Source: Squalus acanthias (Eukaryota). From it: a stretch of DNA of 64,000 bases. The stretch covers positions 152,770,001-152,834,000 of the forward strand of contig CM059431.1 of assembly GCA_030390025.1 (NCBI GenBank), written 5' to 3'. The notes below the pieces were generated by a model. It searched no databases. It was not told the DNA's origin and was given only the letters and a program-made list of their open reading frames with translations. Positions within the stretch are counted from its first letter, which is position 1; each line of letters starts with the position of its first letter. The position numbers and the translations under genes were made by a program. Below are positions 11,271-24,152 of the stretch, piece by piece.

Positions 11271-14200
11271 CATTCTCACAGACCGGCGGCAGCGTTCCAG
11301 AGCCACGTCACAATTCAAAAAGTGACGCGGACAAGAGGAAGCAGCTGATTGGGTGAGTACGGCCAGGTGAGCATTTATACTGTTCTGCAGTTTGACAGTT
11401 AAGGTTAATAGTTTATAAAGTTTCGTAGGTCCTAATTTTTGTGGTTATATTTCGAAGGTCTCTGTTGTGTAGCAGGGAGTGATAGTATACAAGGGCCCTT
11501 GAGTATATCATTTAATTGTAGTGTAATTTGTGGTATTGATTTGAGTTAATTTAAATTAATGAAAGGAAAAGTCATGGCAGCACAGCTCTGCCCCGTGGCA
11601 TGCTCCTCCTGCACTATGTGGGAAATCAGGGACACTTCCTGTGTCCCTGTTGAACATGTGTGCGAGAAGTGTATCCAGCTGCAGCTACTGGCAGACCGCA
11701 TTGCGGTGCTGGAGCTGCGAATGGATGCATACTGGAGCATTCGCGATGCTGAAGACATCATGGATAGCACGTTCAGGGATTTGGACACACCGCAGAGAAA
11801 AGGCTGCACAGGCAGGAAGAGAATGGGTGACCACCAGGCAGAGTAGTAGGCGCAGGGAGGTAGTGCAGGGGTCCCCTGTGGACATCCCGCTCTGAAACAG
11901 ATATACCACTTTGGAAATGGTTGAGGGAGATGGCTTATCGGGGGAAGGCAGCAGCAGCAAACTTTCTGTTCACCATGGGTGGTTCTGCTGCACAGGACGG
12001 GAGGAAAAAGAGCGGGAGAGCTATAGTGAAATGGGATTCTATTGCAAGGGGAATAGATAGGCGTTTCTGCGGCCGCAAACGGGACTCCAGAATGGTATGT
12101 TGCCTCCCTGGTGCAAGGGTCAAGGATGTCTCGGAGAGGCTGCAGGGCATTCTGGAGGGGGAGGGTGAACAGCCACTTGTCGTGGTGCATATAGGTACCA
12201 ATGATATAGGAAAAAACGGGATAACGTCCTAAAAGCTGAATATAGGGAGTTAGGAGGTAAATAAAAAAATAGGACCTCAAAGGTCGTAATCTCAGGATTG
12301 CTACCAGTGCCACGTGCAAGTCAGAGTAGAAATAGAAGGATATTTCAGAAAAATAAGTAGCTAGTGGAATGGTGCAAGGGGGAGGAATTCAAATTCCTGG
12401 GACATTGGAACCGGATCTGGGGGAGTTGGGACAAGTACAAACTGGACGGTTTGCACCAGGGCAGGACCGCGACCGATGTCCGAGGGGGAGTGTTTGCTGG
12501 TGCTGTTGTGGAGGGTTTAAACTGAAATGGCAGGGGGTTGGGAACCTGTGCAGGGAAACAGAGGAAAGGGAAGCAAGGATAGAAGCAAAAGACAGGAAGG
12601 AGAAAAGCAAAAGTGGAAGGCAGAGAAATCAAGTGTGTAAATCAAACAGGGCTACAGTAAATAATAATTGTAAAAGGACTTATAGTGTGAAAAAAACAAG
12701 CCTGAAGTCTTTGTGGCTTAATGCGAGGAGCATTTGTAATGAGTTTGATGAATTAGCTGCGCAAATAGATGTAAGCGGATATGATATAATTGGGATTACG
12801 GAGGCATGGCTCCAGCTGACCAAGGCAGGGAATTCAACATCCAGTGGTATTCAATAATTAGGAAGGACAGGCAAAAACGAAAAGGAGGTGGGGTAGCATT
12901 GCTGGTTAAAAAGGAGATTAACACAATAGTAAGGAAGGATATTAGCTTTGATGATGTGGAATCTGTATGGGTAGACCTGAGCAATATCAATTGGCAGAAA
13001 AAGTTAGTGGGAGTTGTATACAGACCCCCAAACAGTAATGCTGAGTTTGGGTATGGCATTACACGGGAATTAGAGACGCGTGCAATAAGGGCACAGCAGT
13101 TATCATGGGTGACTTTAACCTACATACAATTTGGGCTAACCAAATTAGTAACAATACTGTGGAGGAGGAATTCCTAGAGTGTATACGGGATGGTTTCCTG
13201 GACCAATATGTCGAGGAACCAACTAGAGATCAGGCAATCTTAGACTGGGTATTATGTAATGAGAAATTATTAATTAGCAATCTTGTTTTGCGAGCCCCCT
13301 TGGGGAGGAGCGATCATAATATGATAGAATTCTTCATTAAGATGGTGAATGAAGTAGTTGAATCAGAGACTACGGTCCTTAATTTAAATAAAGGGAACTA
13401 CGATGGGATGAGGCACGAGTTGGCTAGGATGGATTTGGAGCGTTTCTTAAAGGGTTGACGATGGATAGGTAATGGCAAACATTTAAAGATCGCAGGAATG
13501 AACTAAAGAATTTGTTCATCCCTGTTTGGCATAAAATTAAACAAAAACGGTGACACAATCGTGACTAACAAGGGAAATAAGGGATAGCATAAGATCCAAG
13601 GAGAGGACATATAAATTGGCCAGAAAAAGCAGCAAACCTGAGGATTCGGAGCAGTTTAGTATTCAGCAAAGGAGGACAAAGGTATTAATTAAGAGGGGGA
13701 AAATAGAAAATGAGAGTAAGCTTGCAGGGAACAGAAGAACTGGCTGTAAAAGCTTCTATAGATATGTGAAGCGAAAAAGATTGGTTAAGTCAACCGTAGG
13801 TCCCTTGCAGTCAGAATCAGGGGAATTTATAATGGGGAACAAATAAATGGCAGACCAATTAAATACACACTTTGGTTCTGTCTTCACAAAGGAGGATACA
13901 AATAAACTCCCAGAGATTTCGGGGAACATAGGGTCTAATGAGAGGGAGGAATTGAATGCAATCAGTATTTGTAGGGAAATTGTGTTAGGGAAATTGACGG
14001 GATTGAAGTCTGATAAATCCCCAGGGCTTGATATTCTACACCCTAGGGTAATTAAGGAAGTGGCCCTAGTAATAGTAGATGAATTGCTGTTCATCTTTCA
14101 AAATTCTATAGACTCTGGAACAGTTCACATGCATTGGAGGTTAGCTAATGTAAAACTACTATTTAAAAAGGTGGTAGAGAAATAACGGAGAATTATAGAG

Positions 14201-15532
14201 AATTGTAAGCCTGACATCGGTAATGGGCTAAATGCTAGAGTCCATTATAAAAGATGTAATAGCAGAGCACTTGGAAAACAGTGACAGGATCGGACAAAGT
14301 CAACATGGATTTACAAAAGGTAAATCATTCCTGACTAATCTACTGTAATTTTTTTATGATGTAACTGGTCCAATGGATAAGAGATCCAGTGGATGTGGTG
14401 TATTTGGACTTTCAGAAGGCTTTCGATGAGATCCCGCTCAAGAGATTAGCGTGCAAAGTTAATGCACATGGGATTGTGGTAAGGTACTGATTTGGATAGA
14501 GAACTGGTTGGCGACAGGAAGCAAAGAGTTGGAATAAACGGGTCTTTTTCCGAGTGGCAAGCAGTGACTAGTGGGGTACAGCAGGGATCGGTGCTAGGAC
14601 CCCAGCTATTCACACTATATATTAATGATCTAGTCGAGGGAACTAGATGTAATATCTCTAAGTTTGCAGATGACACAAAGCTGGGTGGGCGTGTGTGCTG
14701 TGAGGAGAATGCAGATAAATTCCAGGATGATTTGGACAGGTTGGGTGATTGGGCAGATGCATGGCAGATGCAGTATAATGTGGATAAATGCGAGGTTATC
14801 CACTTTGGTGGCAAAAACAAGAAGACAGATTATGATCTGAACGGCAATAGTTTGGGTAAAGGGGAAGTGAAACGAGATCTGGGAGCCCTTGTGCACCAGT
14901 CGCTGAAGGTAAGCATGCTGGTGCAGCAGGCGGTTATCAAGTCAAATGGTATGTTGGCCTTCATAGCGAGAGGATTCGAGTACAGGAACAAGGATGTCGT
15001 GCTGCAGTTGTACAAGGCCTTGGTGAGACTATACCTTGAGTAATGTGTGCACTTTTAGTCGCCTTATCTGAGAACGATGTTCTTGCCATGGAGGGAGTGC
15101 AGCGAAGATTTACCAGACTGATACCTGGGATGGCAGGAATGACGTATGAAGAGAGATTGGGTCGATTAGGCTTATATTGGTTAGAGTTTAGAAGAATGAG
15201 AGGGTGATCTCATTGAAACTTATAAAATTCTAACATGACTAGACAGACTAGTTGCAGGAAGGCTGTTCCCGATGGCGGGGGTGTGATGAGGAGGAATTTG
15301 TTCACCCAGAGAGTGGTGAACCTGTGGAATTCTTTACCACAGAAGGCAGTTAAGGCCAATTCATTAAATATATTCAAGAAGGAGATAGATATATTGCTTA
15401 AGGCTAAAGGGATCACGGGATATGGGGAGAAAGCAGGGACAGGGTACTGAATTTGGATGATCAGCCATGATCTCATTAAATGGCGGAGCAGGCTCGAGGG
15501 TCCGAATGGCGTACTCTTGCTCCTATCTTCTA
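10951..15532 (+). mobile_element. Near full-length decayed CR1/HER1-type LINE
   Basis: 5' UTR tandem repeats. ORF1 remnants (CSSC..CEKC zinc finger, SGNH/esterase-like DSI.RG and VVVHIGTND). ORF2 remnants (ITEAWL, GDFN, SDHN, PQLFTLYINDL, FADDTKL). Many stops and frameshifts. Confidence 0.95.
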
Positions 15533-15534
15533 AA

Positions 15535-16803
15535 AAACTTGCTGAAGTTCTTTGAGGAAGTAACAAGCAGTGTGGACAAAGGTGAACCAGTGGATGTGGT
15601 GCTTTTAGATATCCAGAAGGCATTCGATTAGTTGATACATAAAAGGTTACTGCATAAGATAAGAGCTTACGGGATAGGGGGTAATATATTAGCATGGATA
15701 GATAATTGACTGACTAACAGGAAGCAGGGAATCGGGATACATGAGTCATTTTCCGGTCGGCAGGCGGTAACTAGTGGAGTGCCACAGGGATCGGTGCTGG
15801 GGCATCAACTATTTACAATCTATATTAATGACTTGGTTGAAGTGACCGAGTGTAATGTAGCCAAGTTTGCGGATGATGCAAAAATGGGTGGGAAAGCAAG
15901 TTGTGCAGAGGACTCAAAGAACCTGCAAAGAGAAATAAACAGGCTAAGTGAGTGGGCAAATATTTGGCAGATGGAGTATAATGTGGGAAATAGCAAGGTT
16001 ATACACTTTGGCAGGACAAATAAAGAAGCAAATTATTGTTTAAATGGCGAGAGATTACAAAATGCTACAGTTCAGAGGAACCTGGGGTACTTGTGCAAGA
16101 AACACAAACAGTTAGCATGCAGGTACAGCAAGTAATCAAAAAGGCAAATGGAATGTTAGCCTTTATTTCAATGGGGTTGGAGTATAAAAGCAGTGAAGTC
16201 CTGCTACAAATGTACAGGATTTTGATGAGACCACACCTTGTGTACTGCGTACAGTTTTGATCTCCTTATTTCAGGAAGGATATACTTGCATTGGAGGCAG
16301 TTCAGAGACGATTCACTAGGTTAATTCCAGAGATAATGGGATTGACTTATGAGGCAAGGTTGAGCAGGCTGGGCCTATACTAAATGGAATCTGGAAGAAT
16401 CAAAGGTGATCTATCTTATTGAAACGTATAAGATAGTGAGTGGGCTCGACAAGATAGATGCAGAGAGGATGTTTCCCCTCGTGGGAAAATCAAGATCGCG
16501 GGGGCACAGTTTTAGAATAAAGGGTCTGCCTTTTAGGACTCAGATGAGGAGGACATTCTTCTCTCAGAGGGTCGTAAAACTGGGAAATTCTCTGCTCCAC
16601 AAAGCTGTGGAGGCTGGGTCATTAAATACATTTAGCGTGGAGATAGACAGCTTTTTGCAAGATAAGGGAGTGAAGGGTTATGGGGAGGGGGGGCGGGGAA
16701 GTGGCTTTGAGCCCAAGATCAGCCATAATCTTATTGAATGGCGGAGCAGGCTCGAGGGGCCAAGTGGCCTATTCCTGTTTCCAATTCTTATGTTCTTATG
16801 TTA
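15535..16803 (+). mobile_element. 5'-truncated CR1 LINE (RT to 3' end)
   Basis: PQGSVLG..LFTIYINDL and FADDAK motifs. Tail TTCTTATGTTCTTATG. Confidence 0.9.
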
Positions 16804-16804
16804 T

Positions 16805-17125
16805 TTATCTGAGGAGTTGTGAAAGGCACTGTAAAAAGTGCAGTCATCAGCGAACATCGCCATTTCTGACCTTCTGTTGGAGGGAAGGTCATTGATGAAG
16901 CAGCTGAATATGGTTGGGCCTAGGACACTGCCCTGAGGAACTCCTGCAGCGATGTCCTGTGGCTGTGATGATTGACCTTCAGTCACCACAACCATCTTCC
17001 TTTGTGCTATGTATGACTCCAGCCAGTGGAAATTTTATCCTCCGATTCCCATTGACTTCAATTTTACAAGGGCACCTTCATGCCACAGTCGATCAAATGT
17101 TGCCTTGCTGTGAAGAGGGAGAATC
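16805..17125 (-). mobile_element. Family-B LINE RT fragment
   Basis: ORF 16801..16995 contains GVPQGSVLGPTIFSCFINDLP and FADD. Confidence 0.85.
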
Positions 17126-18140
17126 ACTCTGTATCTAACTCGTGCTGTACCTGCCCAGGGAATGTTTGATAGGGCGATGCAGAGGAAGATTTACTCTGTA
17201 CCTCACCGGTGCTGAACCTGCCCAGGGAGAGTTTGATGGGACATTGTAGAGGGAGAGTTACTCTGTATCTAACGAGTGTTGTACGTGCCCTGGATGTGAT
17301 GGATGGGACAATATAGAGGAAGCTTAACTCTTTATCGAACCATTGCTTTACGTGCCCGGAGAGTGTTGGATGGGACAGCGTAAAGGGAGATTTAATCTGT
17401 ATCTATCCCGTGCTGTACCAGCCCTGGGAGTGTTTGATGGGACAGTGTAGAGGGAGCTTTACTCTGTATCTAACCCGTGCTGTACCTGCCCTGCTAGTGT
17501 TTGATGCGACAGTGTAGAGGGAGCTTTATTCTTTATCTAACCCGTGCTGTACCAGCCTTGGGATTGTTTTCTGGGACAATGTAGAGGGTGCTTAACACTG
17601 TTTGTAAAACGTGCTGTAACTGGCCTGGGAATGTGTGATGGGACAATGTAGAGGAAGCTTGACTCTGTATCTTACCAGTGCCTTACCTACTTTGGGGTTG
17701 TTGATGGGACTGTGAAGAGGGAGATTTATTCTGTATCGAAACCGTTCTGTACCTGCCCTGGGAGTGTTTGATCGGACAATGTGGAGGAAGCATTACTCTT
17801 TATCTAACCATTGCTTTACGTGCCCTGAGCGTGATTGATGGGACAGAGTAGAGGGAGCTTTACTCTGTATCTAAACCGTGCTGTACATATCGTGGGAGTG
17901 TTTGATGGGACAGTGCATAGGGAGCTTTATTCTGTATCTATACTGTGCTGTACATGCCCTGGGAATTTTTGATGGGCCAATATAGTGGGAGCTTCACTCT
18001 TTATCCAACACGTGCTTTGCCTGCCCTGGGAGTGTTTGGTGGGACAGTGCAGTAGAAGCTTTACTCTGTGTTTCACCAGAGTAGCATGTGCCCTGGATGT
18101 GTTTGATTGTACAGTGTAGAGGGAGCTTTACACTGTATCT
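17125..18140 (+). repeat. 67-bp minisatellite
   Basis: Unit ACTCTGTATCTAACCCGTGCTGTACCTGCCCTGGGAGTGTTTGATGGGACAGTGTAGAGGGAGCTTT, about 15 copies. Confidence 0.93.
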
Positions 18141-20385
18141 CTGATATATCCCATAACACTCACATTAACAATCTCTGATATACCCCACACCCCTCATTGT
18201 AACACTTCGATATACACCACACGCCTCACTGTAAAACTCTGATATAGCCCATACCACATACTGTCATACTCTGATGTACCTCACTGTAACACTCTGATAT
18301 AGCCCACAAGACCAAAGTAACACTATGATATACCCCAGAAAACTCACTGCAACACTCAGATACATGCCACACCCCAGAAGCACTCTTATCTATCCCACAC
18401 CACTCACTGCAACACACCCAACACTGTATCACTCTGATAGCCCCCAGACACCACACTGGAAACATGTGACATACCGCACACCACACACTGTAAACCTCTG
18501 ATGAACCCCACACCTCTCACTCTTACTCTATTATATACCACACACCCCTCACGATAATTCTCTGATATACCCCACACATCACTCTGTAACTCTTTGATAT
18601 ACCCACACCCCTCACTATAACACTCTAATATACATAGAAACACAGAAAAATAGGAGCAGCAGTAGGCCATTCGGCACTTCCAGCCTGCTCCGCCATTCAA
18701 TATGATCATGGCTGATTCTTTATCTCAATATCATATTCCCGCACTCTCCCCATATACCCCACACCACTCACTGTATCAATCTGATATATGCCACACACTG
18801 GGCTGTTACTCCCCACAACACTCACTGTAATACTGATATACTTCATTCTTCTTCTTCGGCAGTCCCTCGGATCCGAGAATGACTTGCTTCCACATTAAAA
18901 ATGAGTTCGCAGGTGACTGATGAGTCGAATTCTGGACCTACAGACTCTGTCACAAGTGGGGCAGACGGTGGTTGAAGGGGCAGCTGGGTGGGGTGATTGG
19001 GTTGACGTGCGCTCCTTGCACTGCCTGCGCGTGACTTCCGCTTGCTCCTGGCGAAGAGACTCGATGTGTTCAGCGCCTTCCACGGATGCTTCTCCACCAC
19101 TTTGGGTGGTCTTGGGCCGGTGAGTCCCAGGTGTCGGTGGGGATGTTACACTTTTTTAAGGAGGCTTTGAGGGTGTCCTTGAAACGTTTCCTCTGCCCAC
19201 CTGGGGCTCTCTTGCCGTGCCGGAGATCCGAGTAGAGCGCGTGTTTTGGGAGTCTCGTATCGGGCATGCGGACGATGTGACCCAACCATCGGAGCTGATC
19301 GAGCGTGGTCAAAGCTTCGATGTTGGGGATGTTGCCCAGAGCAAGTACACTGACGTTGGTGCGCCTATCCTGCAAATGGATTTGCAGTATCTTGCGGAGG
19401 CAGCGTTGGTGTTACCTCTCCACTGCTTTGAGGTGCCTGCTGTACATGGTCCATGTCTCTGAGGCATACAGCAGGGCGGGTATCACTGCTGCCCTGTAGA
19501 CCATGAGCTTGGTGCTGGGGTTGAGGTCCTGGTCTTCAAACACTCTCTTCCTCAGGCGACCGAAGGCTGCACTGGCACACTGAAGGCGGTGTTGGACTTC
19601 GTCGTCGACGTCTGCCCTTGTTGACAGTACTTCGCAACGCTCACTGTAACACACTCTGTTATACTGCACCCCCTCACTGTAACACACTCTGATATACACC
19701 ACAACCCACACTGTAACACTCTGAAACAACCCACACAGCAATACATTGAAATATCTCACACTCCTGATTATAAAATTGTTATATACCCCACATTCCTCAA
19801 TGTAACAATCTGAATTACACCGCACCACTTACTGTAACACTCTGATATACCCCACACCCCTCATGGTAACATTCTGATATACACCACACCGCTCACTATA
19901 ACATTCTGATATACCGGCAGCCCTCACTGTAACATTCTCTGATATGCCCCACACCCCTCACGTTAAAACTCTGATATACTGCTCACCCGCACTGTAACAC
20001 ACACTGATGCACCTCACACCCCTCACTGTCAGAGTCTGATATACTCCACACCACTCACTGTAACCGATTGATATACCCCACACCCCTCACTGTAACACTC
20101 TCTGATATACCCCATACTCCTCACTTTAACACTGTGACATACCACACACCCCTCACTTTAACGGTCTGATATACCCTTACAAACCTCACTGTAACAGACT
20201 GATATACCCCACAACCGTCACTGTAACGCTCTGATATACCGCACAACATTCAAGGTAACTCTCTGATACATGACTCGCTCTGGACTGTTACTCCCCACAT
20301 CACTCACTGTAACCCACTGATACATGCCACACTCTGGATTGTTCACCCCACACCAGTCATTCTAATACTGATATACCTCGTACCA
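18140..20385 (+). repeat. About 32-bp minisatellite (CTCACTGTAACACTCTGATATACCCCACACCC)n
   Basis: Tandem units interrupted by a CR1 3' end (18632-18755) and an RTE fragment. Confidence 0.92.
18843..19628 (-). mobile_element. RTE-clade (BovB-like) LINE 3' fragment
   Basis: LLYASETWT, QLRWLGHIVRMPDTRLPK, GGQRKRFKDTLK and a C-terminal CPTC...H...H zinc finger. (GAA)n tail. Confidence 0.92.
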
Positions 20386-20821
20386 TTCACTGTTGCCACT
20401 GCCACTTTAATCCCATGGACTTCATTTTTGGTAATATGTGGTACTTTATCAAGCAACTTTTCAAAATATAGGGGAATTGGGAAAGTGTGAGTAGTTTCAA
20501 TCATAAAACCATAGAATTGGTGAGCCAAGTTGTGTTGACATTTTTTTTAGCGGAACATGACTTCTCAGTCTGTTTTCAATCAGTGAATTTCAAAATCAGT
20601 GATTTTATTCCCATTTTATTATTTATTTGTTTGTTCTCACGATATATGTGACGCTGTCAAGGCTGATATTACTTGCCCATTCCCAGTTACCCATGATAAA
20701 ATGGTGGGCCTTCATCCTGAAACGCTGCAGTCCGTGTGGTGAAGGTGCTCCCACAATACTATTACGTAAGGAATTTCAGGCTTTTGACCCAATGACGATG
20801 AATGAACGGCGATATATTTGA

Positions 20822-21230
20822 AGGGTACAGTAGCATAGTGGTTATGTTGCTCGACTCGTAAACCAGATGCCTGGACGAATAATCCTGAGTTCAAATCCCA
20901 CTGCTAGGGACTTTAAATTATATTAATAAAACAAATCTGGAATAAAAAGTTAGTGTCAGTAATGGTGACCATGAAACTATCGGATTGTCGGTAACAGCAC
21001 ATTTGATTCATTAATGTCCTTCAGGGAAGGGAAGCTGCTGTCGTTACCCATTTTGGACGAAATGTGACTTAAAACACACAGCAATGTGTTTGACTATTGA
21101 CGACCCTCTGAAATGGCCAAGCAAGCCACTCAGTTGTATGAGGCGGCTCACCAACACCTTCTCCAGGGCAATTAAGGATGGACAATAAATGCTGGCCTTG
21201 CCTGCGACGTCCATATTCCAAGAATGAATC
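20822..21230 (+). mobile_element. Third tRNA-derived SINE family with a tail shared with family-B LINE
   Basis: TAGCATAGTGG A-box and GAGTTCAAATCC B-box. Tail GGGCAATTAAGGATGGACAATAAATGCTGGCC resembles the LINE end at 20640-20700. Inverted copy at 51505-51895. Confidence 0.7.
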
Positions 21231-21287
21231 AAACAATGATTTCTTAATGATCATAATGATTTATAAAGAGTTATAATGTTGTAACCA

Positions 21288-21710
21288 GAGCCGCCATCTT
21301 TGTTATGGGGCCCCAGAGCCGCCATCTTTCAGCGTGATACCGGAGCCGCCATTTGTGAGCGGGATGCCGGAGACGCCATTTTTGTTAGGGGCGTCGGAGT
21401 AGCTATCTTTGTGCGGGGCAACGAAGCCGATATCTTTGTGCGGGGCAACGGAGCCGATATCTTTGTGCGGGGCAACGGAGCCGATATCTTTGTGCGGGGC
21501 AAGGAAGCCGATATCTTTGTGCGGGGCAACGGAGCCGATATCTTTGTGCGGGACAACGGAGCCGATATCTTTGTGCTGGGCGCCGGAGCCGCCATCTTTT
21601 GGGGAGCGCCAGGGCCGCCATCTTGTGCGGAACGCTGAAGCCACCATCTTTGTGCGGGGCACCGGGGCCGCCATCTTTGTGCGGGACGCCGGAGCCGCCA
21701 TCTTTGTTAA
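21288..21710 (+). repeat. 27-bp CpG-rich minisatellite with YY1-consensus motifs
   Basis: About 16 units of GGAGCCG(CC/AT)ATCTTTGTGCGGGGCAAC. Confidence 0.92.
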
Positions 21711-21807
21711 GTGAATTTCACCGCGGCGGGCGGCCCGGCCCGTGGAAAACGGCTCGCCACAATATTAGGCACAGGGACCTCTGAGGCTGCAAAGTTTCTG
21801 CTTCACA

Positions 21808-22709
21808 TCATCCTTTAATGAATTTTACAATTAGAGTAAATGGATATTTCCCCACATTCTTCAACTGCTCTCTGAACTTAGTCTGGGTGACGGCATAAAT
21901 CCCAGTGTTTGTGCAGCAACTCAGCATCTGCAGCATCAATCCTATTTCCCTTACAAGGTGCGGCAGAATTATAGACACAGTCCACAAATAACTTATCCGG
22001 CTCAATATATAATACACCATAAACACTGTCCATAACAGGATGAAGTTGCCGGAGATTAGAAGCAGTAAAATGATAGATTTCCTGCGGCTCTCCATCTCTG
22101 GGTCTCTGGGATTCTCCCCACTGCTGGGACCCCGGAGTCTCCTGCGGGCTCTGCTGGACACTAAAATGTGTCTGACGGTGAGAGCATTGAGCAGCAGAAT
22201 CACCACAAATGGGACCCCCGGGGTGAGAATATAATGAAGGAACTCAATTGCTCCCCAGACCAGTAAAAACGTAACATCTAGTGTTACATAACAAAACCAG
22301 GGGCGGTTCCGAAGATAATATTCATCTGTGAACATAAAATACCAGAACATGTTCTTCAAACCGCTCAGCACAGTCACTGTTCCCAGAACCACAGCCGCCG
22401 TTTTCTCGGTGCAATATTTAGTTTTCAGTTTCTGGCGGCAAATTGCCACAAATCGATCAAAGGTGAAAGTGACGGTGAACCAGACAGAACAGTCTGTGGC
22501 TGCATAAAGCAGGACGGCGTGGATATTACACACGGGGATGGACTGCACGAAACGAAACTGTTCACTAAAAACAATCGGAATCTGCCTCAATATCAGGTCG
22601 AGGATAACGACCAGTAGATCCGCCGCTGCCATGGCCACCAGGTAGCGAGTGACACATTTGGAGAGACCGCACTTTCCCCGAGACAAGATTACAATCGTCA
22701 CTAAGTTCA
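21808..22709 (-). CDS. Main coding exon of a class A (rhodopsin-like) GPCR, GPR139/GPR142-like family
   Basis: Open 300-codon frame with the end of TM1 through TM7: AMAAADLL, FTFDRFVAIC, PWFC, LTP, SGNFILLW, LSCCTNTGIY. Begins at a phase-1 acceptor (tttcccttcctctcAG, AG at 22711-22710). No TM1 start or ATG, so an upstream exon is needed. Confidence 0.93.
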
Positions 22710-24034
22710 CTGAGAGGAAGGGAAATAAACAGGAAAATTAGACATCAGGCTAGGACATGAGCAGCAGTTTGAATGAATTCGGGGAGAAATCAGCAACTCC
22801 TCAGCGACATTCAATGATAAAATCTAAGTCGATTGCCCGTGGTGCTGAATACAGGGTTTGTTGTAAGAGTAATCGGGAATATATTGTGGACTTAAGAAAT
22901 GAAACGAGATAAATACAACATGAAAGTATTAGATGTTTGATCAATGATAGATTAAATGGTAGAGCTATATTTAGCCCCGCAGACAAAAACATCGCCCGAG
23001 GTACCAAGGACACAAAGGACCAGAATATCTCAGGAAGCCTTCGTGTCCCGGGATCAGTCAGCATTTGGAGCGGTGTAATTCGCTTCAGTGCCCCTGTGTT
23101 CGGGAGGGGCAAATCCCGCTTTGATTCCTGCTCCTGGTTGGAATATCCATTATATTTAGAACTGAAAGTGAAAGCAACGGTAAAATAAAGAAACTGCAAT
23201 CTTGGTATGCAATAATTACAGGCAATTGGATTTAAAATGTACGGCGGTAATATGCAAGTACTACGATAATAAATACAAGTGCCCTGCAGTTATAAACATA
23301 ACTGGGAATTAAGAAGTGTTTGAAGATTGAGCTTTCCATAGTTTTGCTGAAATACTCAAATTGTGGCTCATTATAAGGAAGATTTTCCAAATAAAATTGC
23401 AGAGAATGGAATCTGAATTAAAATACAGAGTTATGATTGACCAGGTAATATCCCACTCAATGCATTTATTAGCGTCATAATTAAGCGACTCATCCCACAG
23501 GCAGCGAGCCGCCGAACGCTTTCGTAAAGTATCTGAAAACCAATGGAAGATAAATATCCTCGTACTTTTTCACCTGTTTGTTTCCAACATGTGCAGAGAA
23601 TATTCGTCGAGAAAATATGAAAGGATTTTCTTATCCTCAATACTTCAGTTACAATCAGCTTGGATTGTTTATCCTGCAGTACAGCAGGAGGCGATAGAGA
23701 ATCACTCTGGGTCTCACTGAGTGATCCATTGAACTGTGACAGACGGGCACGGGATCCAATTGTAAATTCAAAACAAATATTGGAAATAAACGCATTGAAA
23801 TATGGCTGACTGAACGTTTTTGGATAATTGAAATTATCCTTGTAATCCTTTTCTAACCATCAGAAACATTATCAATAATGCAGATCTAGAGTTGGTGGGA
23901 AAGGAGACACTGACTGGAACTGAATGATTTGCGGATATTTCAGACATTTAAAAATGTGTTTGTGATCTGCCAGGATTTGTTCCTGTGACTCTGTCAGTAA
24001 CCATGCCGAGCATTCACTGAAAACAAAATCCAAT

Positions 24035-24152
24035 TACTGTGGATGCTGGAAATCTGAAATAAGAACAGGAAATGTTTTAAACACTCAGCAGGCCAGGCAG
24101 CATCTGTAGAGAGAGAGAGAGTTAACGTTTCAGGCCGATAATCATTCGGCAT
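24035..24152 (-). mobile_element. Penelope-like 3' end fragment, degraded
   Basis: Homologous to 2042-2140 and 25340-25440. Confidence 0.7.

Noticed and set aside
11559..15450. Functional LINE ORF1/ORF2 (also 26853-31390 and 35501-40140)
   Set aside because: They are fragmented by many stops and frameshifts.
21300..21784. ORFs with 9-aa repeats such as GADIFVRGN
   Set aside because: They are the 27-bp minisatellite, open in all frames.
21808..22710. Calling the receptor GPR139 or treating it as a single-exon gene
   Set aside because: Orthology cannot be shown from the sequence. The track start GTG overlaps the splice acceptor, and TM1 is incomplete without exon 1.
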